64,000 bases of DNA, taken from positions 23,573,150 through 23,637,149 of the forward strand of contig NC_069005.1 of NCBI RefSeq assembly GCF_001194135.2, in the 5' to 3' direction. A program made the translations under genes and the position numbers. The notes below the pieces were generated by a model. It searched no databases and was not told the DNA's origin. It saw only the letters and a program-made list of their open reading frames with translations. The first letter of the stretch is position 1. Every line of letters begins with the position of its first letter. This DNA is from Octopus bimaculoides (lineage: Eukaryota). Below are positions 13,825-25,889 of this stretch, piece after piece.

Positions 13825-14050
13825 TATGAAAGCATTATCATTATTTTAACGTCTACTTTTCCATATTTGCATGGGTTGGATGGAATTTGTTGAGGCTGAT
13901 TTTTTTTATGCCCAAATGCTTTTCCTGTTATTATTCTCACCAGTTTCCAAGTAAGGTGATATTTCGCCATGACCAGGTATAGTTTCATAGAAGATAAGAA
14001 ATGAAAGACACCACTTGCATGATGGTGACAAGGAGACAGTAACACACACA
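13825..14050 (-). mobile_element. RTE-LINE 3' tail fragment
   Basis: TTTTAACGTCTACTTTTCCAT..GCATGGGTTGGA is the reverse of the RTE tail. Confidence 0.65.
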
Positions 14051-14223
14051 CACACAAACAGGCTTCTCTCAGTTTCTTTCTACCAAACCCACTTACATGG
14101 CTTTAGGCCAAGGACTATAATAGGAGATCGATCCAAGTGAATTACAGCACTGCTTTAATAAGAATGGGGTTTTCCACCATATAAAATATAAAATTTTGTA
14201 TTGAAAATGATTTCAAACACATT

Positions 14224-14258
<35 letters not shown>

Positions 14259-14553
14259 AATAAACACAAAAATGTGTGTGACCCATATAATAATACTGGA
14301 AGCACTTCTTGTTTCACACAGTGGGACTGAACCTGAAACTATATGGTTAGGAAGCAAACTTCTTACCACACAGCCATGATATACATACATGCATTTCATA
14401 TACAACAACTGACAAGACTAAGCCTCAGAACAGGACACAGTACAAGAAAGAGTGGAATGCTTATTGGTTCATATAAATAAATTCTATAAATGTTTCAACA
14501 CCTCAAAATTTTCTCATTCCTTTGAGAAAAATGCTGGAGTGTGGAAATATTTG

Positions 14554-15417
14554 TATTAAGGAGAGTCAAAAGTTTTGCAATATTTGCATACATGCTAGTT
14601 TGCAATGTGTGTACCATGTGACTAAAGTAGTTCAAGCCATGAAAGGTCCCACTCTGGGGTTGGTAGCATTGTGGAAGTCGTTGGTGCACATTGTTTCACT
14701 CTGTATGTGATCTGAAAGCCACACAAATGAACATGCAACGTAGTCTAATTCGAGAGCTCATGCTTTAGAAATTTGAACTGGGTCATAGCACTGCAGTGGC
14801 AACCAAAAACATTTGTTGTGCAAAAGGTTGATCACAGTACAGTAACCAGACGATTCAAGGGATTTCACCTGGGTTGCAAAAACCTTGATGATCAGGTAAA
14901 GTCAGGTAGGCTTAAAACCACGGATTCCAGGGCCATGCTCCAAGCCAGAGGCAAATTCAGCAAGCAGCACTTGTAGAGTATCAGGTGAGTTTGGCATCTC
15001 ATGTCGCAAAAATACCTGGCATTGATTAAAAGAAAAGTGAGCTCTTCTGCAACAATGCAAGACCTCAAACTGCTTTAACGGCTTGAAATGAAACTCCAGG
15101 AACTTGAGGGAATCAAACAGCTGCCGAACCTAGCATTTATAATCCCCTGGATTATTACCTCTTCTGATTCATGGCTCACTTCCTGCTCTCACAAAACTTC
15201 ATCAACCAAGAGGAGGTAGAAGCTTCAGTGAAGGAGTTCTTCATTTTGAAGGATAAAAACTGGTATCAGCATGGGATCAAAGAACTGGCAGAAAGGTGCC
15301 TTCAAACGGTGCCACATGATGGCCTCTACTTTGAATGCTAGGCTACTTTTGAAGGAAGTTGACAGATAAAGCAAATAAGTTACCGAAGTATTGCAAAACT
15401 TTTGTCTCAAAACAATA
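14554..15417 (+). mobile_element. Internally deleted mariner (Tc1/mariner) DNA transposon
   Basis: TIR-like GAGTCAAAAGTTTTGCAATA (about 14562) pairs with TATTGCAAAACTTTTGTCTC (about 15388), with TA flanks. N-terminal HTH remnant MQRSLIRELML*KFELGH..VDHSTVTRRFKGF..LDDQVKSGR. C-terminal remnant PLDYYLF*FMAHFL..EEVEASVKEFF..WYQHGIKELAER..HDGLYFE. Confidence 0.9.
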
Positions 15418-15453
15418 TAGTTGTAAGGCACTTTATATAAACATGTATGTGTA

Positions 15454-15511
<58 letters not shown>

Positions 15512-15639
15512 TACATACATATACACATTGGTGCTACTTTGGTGTGTGATCTACAAGGAAGATTAGGTTTCTTTTAAAATTATTTTGTACATACTTAGCA
15601 CTGTAAATGCATTTTTTTAAAAATTCTGACTATTTTAAT

Positions 15640-16113
15640 TAGCGGCTATGTGGTAAGTAGCTTGCTTACTAACCACATGGTTCCAGGTTCAGTCTCACTG
15701 CATGGCACCTTGGGCAAGTGTCTTCTACTATAGCCTTGGGCCAACCAAAGCCTTGTGAGTGGATTTGGTAGACGGAAACTGGAAGAAGCCCGTCGTATAT
15801 ATGTATGTGTGTGTATATGTTTGTGTGTCTGTGTTTGTCCCCCCCCCCCCNNNNNNNNNNNNNNNNNNNNNNNNNNNNNNNNNNNNNNNNNNNNNNNNNN
15901 NNNNNNNNNNNNNNNNNNNNNNNNNNNNNNNNNNNNNNNNNNNNNNNNNNNNNNNNNNCCCCGTAACTTAGCGGTTCGGCAAAAAGTGACTGATAGAATA
16001 AGTACTAGGCTTACAAAGAATAAGTCCTGGGGTCGATTTGCTCGACTAAAGGCGGTGCTCCAGCATGGCTGCAGTCAAATGACTGAAACAAGTAAAATGA
16101 GTGAAAATGAGTA
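15640..16113 (+). mobile_element. SINE family A (young; gap in the internal repeat)
   Basis: Near-consensus head and tail; CpGs retained. Confidence 0.9.
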
Positions 16114-16274
16114 AATATGATAAAATAAGCGTGTAGATCACTCACCAAAGTAAATTTGCTCGCGTAGATCCCACGGAAAGTATACGTTTGCTGTATGTGT
16201 GTGTGTGTGTGAATATAGGTGAGTGGACAAATGAAAGAAAGAGGTACTCAACACATTTAGTAGGAGTTACATAT

Positions 16275-16657
16275 ACTCTTTTACTTGTTTCAGTCTTTTG
16301 ACTGCGGCCATGCTAGAGCACCGCCTTTTGTCGAATCAAATTGACCCCAGGACTTATTCTTTGTAAGCCTAGTACTTATTCTCTCGGTCTCTTTTTGCCG
16401 AACCACTAAGTTACGGGGACGTAAACACACCAGCATCGGTTGTCAAGCGATGGTGGGGGGACAAACACAGACACACAAACATATATATATATACATATAT
16501 ACGACAGGCTTCTTTCAGTTTCCGTCTACCAAATCCACTCACAAGGCTTTGGTCGGCCCGAGGCTATAGTAGAAGACACTTGCCCAAGGTGCCACGCAGT
16601 GGGACTGAACCCGGAACCATGTCGTTGGTAAGCAAGCTACTTACCACACAGCCACTA
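16275..16657 (-). mobile_element. SINE family A (young, CpG intact)
   Basis: Near-consensus reverse copy, tail-to-tail with 15640-16113. Confidence 0.92.
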
Positions 16658-17170
16658 TTTAAAATTATTTGCTTCAGCCCCATGCAGCTTAAAGTTTTGT
16701 AAGCTTCTTACAGAAACTGTACGTTGCATGGGGTCGAATCAAACTGCTTTCAATAATAATAATAATAATAATAATGTGTGTATGTGTGTGTTTATAGGAA
16801 GCTGGCATGTTTTGAATAAGAGAAAGACTAATAAACACATAAAATTTATTTATTAAGAAACAGTTGTTTTATTCTGTCGTTACTCAGATTTTTCAGTTGC
16901 TCAGGTAAAGAAAATGTGCATACCTGCATTTGTGTATGTAAGTGTTAAGAGATAATAGAATGTATACAATTTTAAGCGAGACAACCGAACCAAGGAATTG
17001 AACTCGAGACCTCAATGGAACTAAACCACCTGTAGATTACCACTTCGTTTGTTTTGAGTTTTCGATCTCGGTGAAAGCAAGTGATGAGAAGCAATAAAGA
17101 ACTAATTAGATGATAGATGATTAATGAAGGTATTGTGTTTTCTCTCCCTCTGTCTCGTGTTTGTATACTT

Positions 17171-17205
<35 letters not shown>

Positions 17206-17301
17206 GCTGGTATTTCTTCAGATGTCAGCGCACGAGACATGGGAAAGAAAGAGGCGGTGACCAAAGAAGGGGACAGAAACAGAGAGGCAGAGATTAAAAG
17301 G

Positions 17302-17334
<33 letters not shown>

Positions 17335-17479
17335 TGAGAGAGAGAGAGAGAGGCTGAGAATGAAAGAGAGAGAATAGGAGAGAGAGGTACATTGTGTTAT
17401 CTGAATGAATAAACAAATAAAAGATAGAGTAGCAGAGACTGCAGTAGTAGTAAATAGAAAGAGAATTGAGGAAAGAAGT

Positions 17480-18280
17480 GAAATAATGGTAGAATTACTG
17501 ATACTAGTACTTCTTTTCCACAACATCGCCATTACCGCCACAACACGGTAATGCTCGTACTACTGTTGATGTGGTGATGGTGGTGTTATTACTGCTGTTG
17601 CCACCACCAGCACGTCAACATTAGTGAGCATCAAGTGGGGTCAGCCTCGTGAATGTAAAGTCTCGTGTGTCATGCCGTGATGGTAGTCGTGGTGGCCGTC
17701 GATATTTAGTAGGATGATATCATTGATGAAAACAACTGGCTGGTTATGCTGATGCGGTGGTGGTGTGTATATGTTTGTGAGTATGTAAGAAAGAAAGAAA
17801 GAAAGGGGGAGGAGGAGAGAGACAGGAAGAGGAGAGACAAATGTACACAGAGAGAGAGGGAGAGAGAAATACAGGAAAAAGGAGGGGCAGAAGAAAGAGA
17901 AGTGAAAGATACAAGGGGAGAAGAAAGAAAGAGAGAAAGGAGTAGAGACAGAAGCACGGAGAAATATCGCGAATGAAAAAGAGAGATAAGGCGGAGAGAG
18001 TGGGGAGGAGGAGGAGGAGGAGTGCGGGATTGGAATATTATTGCAGCGAAAATCAATGGAAATTTGTCGTTTCCGCCAGACTGACGATGGCGGCTAGATT
18101 GTTGTTATTATGGAGTTTTTGAGTGTTTAGGACGCTGTTAACTCATTAACACTGCAATAACATCACTGTAACACACCACTACTACAGCACACTCGAATAC
18201 TACCGCCGACACCACAACCACTTTCGTAGCACCACCACTACCACCGCGACTAAACTCCACCATCGTCCCTTTCACTGTTT
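17480..18280. promoter_or_regulatory. CpG-retaining low-complexity island; candidate promoter/5' UTR
   Basis: High CpG density relative to the flanks. YY1-like GACGATGGCGGC at about 18083-18094. GA-rich and ACC/GGT tracts. No long ORF in any frame. Confidence 0.35.
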
Positions 18281-18285
18281 GTAGA

Positions 18286-18501
18286 AGGTGGGCCAAAAGT
18301 CACGCACCAATACAGTCGACATTTTATTGATATTAACGTTATTTTTATTTATCATTCGTTCATTTTGTTCATAATGTACAATTTCGTGTGTATTCATCCC
18401 TATTTTATTTATTTCGTTCAATTTTAGAAAAATTGAAAAGCTTGTCTTAGACAATTCCCGAGCGAATTAAACTTATTTTGTGCGTGACTTTTGGCCCACC
18501 T
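18286..18501. mobile_element. MITE with 22-bp perfect TIR (Tc1/mariner-like)
   Basis: AGGTGGGCCAAAAGTCACGCAC (18286-18307) and GTGCGTGACTTTTGGCCCACCT (18480-18501) are exact reverse complements around an AT-rich interior. Confidence 0.8.
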
Positions 18502-18844
18502 CGACCTGTATTTACGTTAAACGGAAGATGGACAGTATTATGGGGTTGATGGACAGGATGGGAATTGGTCTGATGTTAAGTATGGCATGGTGTAAGGGTA
18601 GATCTAACATGATGCAGTGTTGTGCAACATGGTGTGGTGTCATGTGCAATAGTACAAAAATGGGGTAGCAAAGTGCAGCATACCAAATATTGAAATGAAT
18701 GGGTGTTCCTTCTGCATTTCTGAAAAATGAGATGTTACCATTTTGTCAATCAAAAACAAGAGTTGACAGAAACTCTGGTTAAAGTACGATGCAATGTATT
18801 CTCACTTGACCAAGGCAGGGCTTATGAAAGCATGTACCTGTTAA

Positions 18845-19057
18845 TTGGTTTCAAATTTTGGCACAAGTCCAGTGATTTAAGGGCAGGGGAAAAGTTGATT
18901 ACATCGACCTCAGTGCTCAGTCGGTACCTATTTTATTGACCCTGAGACGATGAAAAGCAATGCTGACCCCAGCGGTATTTGGACTCAGAATGTAAAGACG
19001 GATGGAATGCTGCTAAATATTGTGCCTGGCATACTAACGATTCTGCCAGCTCACTGC
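18845..19057 (-). mobile_element. SINE family B
   Basis: Reverse core and head (..CTAACGATTCTGCCAGCTC). Confidence 0.8.
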
Positions 19058-20127
19058 TCTAACATGCCCTTTAATTAAGACTGGGCATGAGGCAAGTAGA
19101 CAGGTAGAGTTGGTGTGACCACATGCCTTGCCAACATGCTGGTCCTGCAGTAAATGAGAAAAAGAAATACAAGGAAACATGGGTCAGAGATATTGGTACT
19201 GGTACTGACCACTGACTTGGCACCTTTATGACACAGTTCTGGCAGATGGTGAAAGCAGAGGTGATCTGCAATAACATAGTTGGTTGGGATCCCACATGAA
19301 TTTCCAAGCCCTGATGACCGCTAAAAATCAGAGGGGTAGCCCAGAGTTTAACCCATTTGAAGGAATAGAGCTCAGATAGGTGGCACAGAGCAGAACTCCT
19401 ATTTGCTCCATATATGGTAATGAAGATCACTTAAGGCCTTTCTACCTAGAAGAGGAAGAGAACAAGCAAAACAAGAAAAAGTACAGTCATCAACATCAGG
19501 TCTGAGGGGAAGGCCATGGAAGGTGCTATTGCCATTGTTTCTACAACACCATTGGTTATAGCTTTGAGGATAGCCAGGGTAGAAGGGGGGACAAATGAAT
19601 TTGTCTTATCCTCTGTGCCACCCACACAAACAGACAAGAAGAAGCACTAAGAAATTAAGGTGTTACCCCCTTTAGCATAAAACTGGCCAGAGGTTTACAA
19701 GCAGAAGTCCTACTCTATTGTCAATGGAGGTGCTTAGAAGAAGATAGTAAACCATCAGGGTGAGTAAAATAAAAGGAAAAATTAAAAGATTGAGCTTAGA
19801 TTAAAAGGGCAAGTAGGAGGACAGAATACTTCACAAAGAGGCAACCATATCTATGAAGTGTCTGAACATTATGGTATTTCAAAGAGATAACCATAGGTTA
19901 CACTGGGTAACAAATTTTTATTTATTTATTTTTTCGTCTTTGGTCAGTTTGCTTCTATCTAGAAACCAAAGGAAATCACTACTATTCCCTTCAACTTCTG
20001 CCTTTGTGACCTGGATATCAATTTTTACAAACTGACCTATTTCCCATTACGTTTCAGACAGATTCACTGTTGAGTTGCTGAAGCAGAAATATCATTATAG
20101 CAAATATTCTGCTCAATACCAATGCTC

Positions 20128-20258
20128 AAAAGGAACTCAGCCACCTTGCCTCTCTGAGGCTCAACACATGAAAGGAACTCAGCCACTTTGCCTCCATGAG
20201 GCCCAAGCTCAAAGGGAACTCAGCCACTTTGCCTCCGTGAGACCCAATGCTCGAAAGG
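20128..20258 (+). repeat. About 3 tandem copies of a ~41-bp unit (AAAGGAACTCAGCCACTTTGCCTCC..)
   Basis: Units are directly visible, starting at about 20128, 20170 and 20211. Confidence 0.8.
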
Positions 20259-20509
20259 AATCTCATTTTAAATTTACTCCTAGGTCTCCTGCCAGCTGGC
20301 CCAGTTTGAAGAATTCATGTTGTAATTCTTTCCTCTAAAATTACAATGGTACGTCCATAGTCCCAGAGCTGTGACCTCTCAATGCAAAGAAGTAGCAGCT
20401 CAACCTGGAAAGATTCCCTGCTTTCCAAGCTATTTACCTTGTTGAGTGATGTTACTACAGAGACCATTTCACTCACTTGTATTCGTGATCCTATTTTTTC
20501 AATCATTAC

Positions 20510-20850
20510 CCAACATTCATGACCTCACATGAGGAGAAGCACAAAAACCAAATTGAAGACAAGTTTGACATAGTGCTACTTGGTTCATCAGAAGGTGACC
20601 TCCAGCATGCATTGAATGGGTTTGCTGCGAAGTGCTGCAAGGCAGGAATAAGAATTAGTGTTGCAAATACTGAGACATTGGTCCTCCCAAGAAAGTCTTT
20701 CCAGTGCACCGTTGATGTTAGTGGAATGTCACTAAGACAAGTGGAGAAGTTTAAGTTGAGCGATATTTACGAGTGATGGAAGTTGGGAGGCTGAATTGCA
20801 TGATAGAATTGCTGGTGTTGGCATGGTGATACACTGGCTCCAACATGTCC
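20510..20850 (+). mobile_element. RTE-clade (Rex3/Expander-like) RT remnant
   Basis: DKFDIVLLGSSEGDLQHALNGFAAKCCKAGIRISVANTETLVL..MSLRQVEKFK resembles the post-FADD segment of RTE RT. Confidence 0.8.
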
Positions 20851-20859
20851 TCTGAAGGG

Positions 20860-21073
20860 GAGAAGGTGCATTTGGCAGAGTCGTTAGCATGTCAGGCAAA
20901 ATGCTTAATGGCCTTTTGTCTGTCTTCACATTCTGAGTTCAGATTCCACCGAGGTCAACTTTGCCTTTCATCTTCTCAGGGTCGATAAATTAAGTACCAG
21001 TGAAACACTGGTGTTGATGTAATTGACTGGTCCTCTCAAACAAAATTTCAGACCGTGTGTCAGAAGGATTATA

Positions 21074-21106
<33 letters not shown>

Positions 21107-21500
21107 TTTAAGGTGTCAAGCTGGCAGAATCGTTAGCACACCAGACAAGATGCTTTGCGGTGTTTCGTCCGTTTTTACACATTGAGTTCAAATGCAACTG
21201 AGGTCAACTTTGTCTTTCATCCTTTCGGGGTCAATAAAATAAGTAGAAGTTAATGACTTGGATCAATGTAATCAACTTACCCCTTCCTCTGAAACTGCTG
21301 GCCTTGTGCCAAAATTTGAAACCCACGCCAGGCAAAATGCTTAGCAGTATTTCGTCTGTCTTCACATTTTGAGTTCAAATGCCGCTGAGATCAACTTATC
21401 CTTTCAGGGGTCGATAAAATGAGTACCAGTTGAGTACTGCGGTTGATGTAATTGATTTATCCCCTCCCTGAACTTGTTGACTTTGTGCCAAAATTTATTA
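20860..21500 (+). mobile_element. Three head-to-tail SINE B copies
   Basis: Cores at about 20935, 21185 and 21370; a (TAT)n spacer at 21071-21105. Confidence 0.8.
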
Positions 21501-21961
21501 TTATTATTATTATGGCCACAAGGTGCAACTTAAATGCAGATTTACAAAAATGAGAATCCAAAGGAAAAAAAACAAAAAAAAAAAAAACAATGATGGGTAA
21601 GGATTAGGATTAACCTACTATTTTAAAAATGTAAGGGCACATTTATTTGATAATGCAGTTCTAGATATATGTCCTGAAAACAAATAGAAAAATAAGACAG
21701 GAACACTTTTCATCATAAGTGTGCTCAATGAAGGCTGACCTTGTATTATTCATGTTAAGTGGTTATCTGATACCTCAAACAAATTACCAACATATATATA
21801 TATATATATATACATAGAGAGAGAGAGAGAGAGAGAGAGAGTGTGTGTGTGTGACATCTGACTGAAAGTGATACAACATAAACACACACATAAAACCAGC
21901 TATTTCACATATACACACACTGTGATACATTGTGTATAGATGAATGACATCATTAAATAAG

Positions 21962-22042
<81 letters not shown>

Positions 22043-22099
22043 CATGTTAGTATGTATACAAACATCAACACAAGAAATACTGATGGAACATTCCCATCA

Positions 22100-22455
22100 A
22101 AATATGTCAAAGTGTAAACATAACAGGCCGGATATTGTTGTTTGGGACAGAAAAGAAAAAGTATATACTGTTATAGAGCTGCCCTGGTGATGACAATACC
22201 TCTTTGGAAATCAATAAGAAAGAAGATAACAAAGGATAACTGCTTTGAAACCTCCAGCTTTTATATCTAGATTATAAATTTACATTTATACCAATAACAA
22301 TTGGTGCACTTGGTTTTGTAAGTAAATGGCTAACTGACAATCTGGATAAGCCTGGATTTTCAGAAAGAGAAATCAACCATCTGAATCGCACATTAGAAAT
22401 ACTATTTGTAAGCAGGGCAGTAAAAATATGCAAGACTTTTCTCAAAGTTTAAAAT
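22100..22455 (+). mobile_element. R4/Dong-type retrotransposon 3' end (REL endonuclease)
   Basis: KCKHNRPDIVVWDRKEKVYTVIE..P.DDN..LQLLYLDYKFTFIPITIGALGFV..AVKICKTFLKV*, with RPD..E and IPI.IGALG motifs. Confidence 0.85.
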
Positions 22456-22737
22456 GTGACATTGCTGTTATTGTTATCAACATTCCAATAAGGGAGCTTT
22501 GTATTTTTTTTTTGTTAGAAACCAGCTCCTTGCTCAGAAGAAGAGTTTTTTAAAAAAATCAAAAACAGGAGAGAACATACATATATTGATTGGTAGTGTG
22601 TGATATTTCACAGACAAAAAAAAAAATATAAGAAAATAAAATCAAACAACATAAACACAGAATTAACAACGTTATCTCACATATACACACTGTGATACAT
22701 ATTGTCATATTGTATAGATGTGTGATATCATTAAATG

Positions 22738-22786
<49 letters not shown>

Positions 22787-22942
22787 TAGATAGATATATG
22801 TATGGTTAGTAGTGTGTGATATTTCACTGAAAAACAAAAATAACAATAATAAACACTGATGTATATGTGCAACATAAAAGCCAACAGAACTAGCTATGTT
22901 ATCAAACATATACACATTTGATATACAGTATTCTTTTTAATC

Positions 22943-23194
22943 CTTTGTTTCTCAGCCATTTTTTGCCTGTGGACCCCTTTGGTTCTATTTCACTCTACTG
23001 GGCCTCCTCAACCATTTGAAATTTTCAAAAAAAATGCCGTCATATTTTCAATAATTAAATATCATTAAAATTTGTATAAAAATAATTGTTAAAATTTTGT
23101 GTATTATAGAAGTAGTAACACATTTATAACTCACAAACTTCAATATCTTATGTGGAACCCTAATGGCCATATGGACCCTGATTGAAAACCACTG
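22943..23194 (-). mobile_element. hAT-type MITE
   Basis: Ends in GAAAACCACTG; homologous to 24036-24275 and 61724-62295. Confidence 0.75.
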
Positions 23195-23589
23195 TTTTAG
23201 TCAGTTGTTAAGGCACCCAGGTCCTTCCTTCTCTCTCTGCTGGTGAGGAGAAAAGGAAGGAGCTGTCCTCAAACTGGAGACCTGATTCAAAGGTTTGCAA
23301 CAGAGTAGACTACTAAAGTCACCCAGTGTACCACCAAGGTAGTAGTGTTAAAGCAGATGACTGTGTAGGCTAGGGCAGGATTTGAACACAGGATACAAAG
23401 GGTCACAACAACTACCATGAGATATCCAGTGTAGTGGTCATACAGTTGTGCGCTTGTCTGCTTGGGTTGGTACTTTTTAACTGACCCCAAATAGATGAAT
23501 GGCAAAATTGACCTCAATAGGATTTGAATTCAAAGTGCAAAGAAACCAAACAAATATTGTGAGATATTCTATGTCTATGTAGCTGTATG

Positions 23590-23905
23590 ATATCTTTAAT
23601 GGGCCATTTGTATATTTTGGTTGGCAGTGTGTGATATCTAGTTGTCATTAAGACTGAAAGATATACAACACAAACTCCCAGAGAACTACCTATCATATAT
23701 CACATAAACACATTGAGATGCACAACTCTATAGCTGTGTGATATCTTAACTGGGTTGTTTCTATATTTTGGTTGGCAGTGTGTGATATCTAGTTGTCATT
23801 AAGACTAAAAGATATGCAACACAAACTCTCCGAGAACCACCTCTCTTATATCACATAAACACACTGAGATGCACAACTGTATAACTGTGTGATATCCTAA
23901 CTGGG
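23590..23905 (+). repeat. Tandem duplication of a ~151-bp unit rich in TGTGATATC
   Basis: GTGATATCTAGTTGTCATTAAGACT occurs at 23631 and 23782. Confidence 0.85.
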
Positions 23906-24035
23906 CTATATGTATATGTTTGGGTTGGTAACATGTAATATCGAGCTGACAGTAACACAGAACGATATACAACACAGAACATGTACACAACTAGCTATCC
24001 CATATACACACAATGTGATACACACTGTATTTGCT

Positions 24036-24275
24036 CAGTGGTTCCATATTACCCTTCAGGGTCCACAGAGGATTTCATTGTTAAAATTTATGAGCAATAA
24101 ATTGGTTACACTTCTACAATACGCAAAATATGTTAACAATTTTTTTAATGCAATTTCTGATATCTAATTATGTAACTATAATAGGATTTTTGAAACATTG
24201 AATGAGTATTAGGGTCCACCCAAGTAAAATAGGAATCAAAGGGGTCCATAGGCAAAACTTGTTTGAGAACCACTG
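24036..24275 (+). mobile_element. hAT-type MITE
   Basis: CAGTGGTTC..GAGAACCACTG termini with internal GGGTCCATAGGCAAAA. No TSD recovered. Confidence 0.8.
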
Positions 24276-24913
24276 ATATAACTGAATGATATCACTGGAT
24301 TGTGTGCGTGTGTGTATCACTTGTTTGGTAGTGTGATATCCGGTTGATAAATAATACTGAATGTTATGAAACATACGACTGAAGCACACACACAGGCGCT
24401 AACCATCCCATTTCTACGAAAAGGAAGCCATCTACCCAACATATACATCCAGAAACTGTATGATGTATGATCTGAGAAGTCAATATATATGCTTTTTTTT
24501 TATTGGAAATATGTGATATCTACAACGATCTACTTCCATATACATACAGAAAACCAGCCAAATCCAAATACGCACTGTGATATATTTGTGTGTGCGCGTG
24601 TATGTGTGTGTGTGTGATGGGTTAGCTATGAGATATCCTGATAACCACAAGTAGGCAGTCGTGTCGTGTATATATATTCGTTGACTGTGTGATATCTAAT
24701 TTGACAGAAAGCCTGAAAGACATATACAACGTAAACACGGAGTCAGTTATCCTATATACATAGTGACATAGACAGAGAGGGAGGGAAAGAGGAAACCAGG
24801 CACTGATATTGCGCTAAACAACAATACAACACATTTCAAAAACATAACAGAAAGAGAAAAAAAAAATCCCACCACAGACAATAAAAATATTCCATGAATC
24901 TTTCAGCACCCAC

Positions 24914-25050
24914 CTTTCTTCATTTTTTTGTTTTTTTTTTTCAAATCAGTTCTGTTTCGGTTTGATTAGGTTTACTAAATGAGAACTGGTTCTTTATCGG
25001 CTATCGTGTCTCCTCCTGCCTCAGTTGCCATTTATGTGAGTGAGTGAGTA
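24914..25050 (-). other. Candidate first exon of a minus-strand gene (AAAATGAAGAAAG|GTGGGT)
   Basis: Donor-like AAG|GTGGGT at 24914/24913 with an A-rich-context ATG at 24923 (M-K-K, phase 1), in a CpG-retaining region. No matching downstream exon found. Confidence 0.2.
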
Positions 25051-25210
25051 AGTGTGTATGTATGTATGTATGTCTATGCGTGCGTGCGTACGTGCGTGAG
25101 AGAGAGAAAGACAGAAAGAGAGTGGGAGTGAGAGAGTTAAATATTACTTTGTACAAGTGTCCAATTTTCTATCCATGTTGACATCATATCGACAGCCATA
25201 TATGTATTGT

Positions 25211-25271
<61 letters not shown>

Positions 25272-25889
25272 GTGGTTCTGTTTTCGTGCGTGTGTGTATA
25301 GGGGGGGAGGAGTAGTTGGTTGTGTGTGTGTATGTGTGGATAACTGGTTATGTGAACGTGTGAATGCGCGCGCGTAAATATATATGGGATAGCTGATTCT
25401 GAGAAGGGAAATAGCTGGCTGGATGTGTATATCGGCTAGTTCTGTGTGTATAGGGAGAAGGGATGTTGCTTGTTGTGTACGTGTCTGTGAATTAAGGGAT
25501 CCTATTGATATCACGTTCTATCAGTCATAACCTAACACACGCTCTAGTTTGTATAACGTACATATAACATAGCCAACGTATATTTATGAATGAAGTGTGG
25601 CTAGCTTCCTCTCTCTTTGCTCTGTGTGTATGTTATGTAACTGACCAGCGCATATACTGTACACACATTTTTAAATTTTTTTTTTTACCAGCTAGATATC
25701 ACACATCACTAAACAAAAGATACGACACTGTCCAGTAAATATGTTTTAAATATCAGATGGCAACATATGCTGTTACATAGGTTAACCAACCAAATGTCAC
25801 ACGTGTCTCAGTCAGCTGTCTAGATTTCACTAATCGCCAAGTCACGTTATAAATTGTTGCTACCACATTACAACCACCGACACACCAAC

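Noticed and set aside
16810-16875. GAATAA...GAAACAGTTGTT-TTATTC, a hammerhead-like 3' half with a 6-bp stem I
   Set aside because: No CUGANGA core is recognisable; AT-rich pairing is likely by chance.
17218-17541. Signal-peptide-like minus ORF MLWKRSTSISNSTIISLLSSILFLF
   Set aside because: The hydrophobicity comes from a CT-rich strand; it runs into microsatellite with no mature domain or donor.
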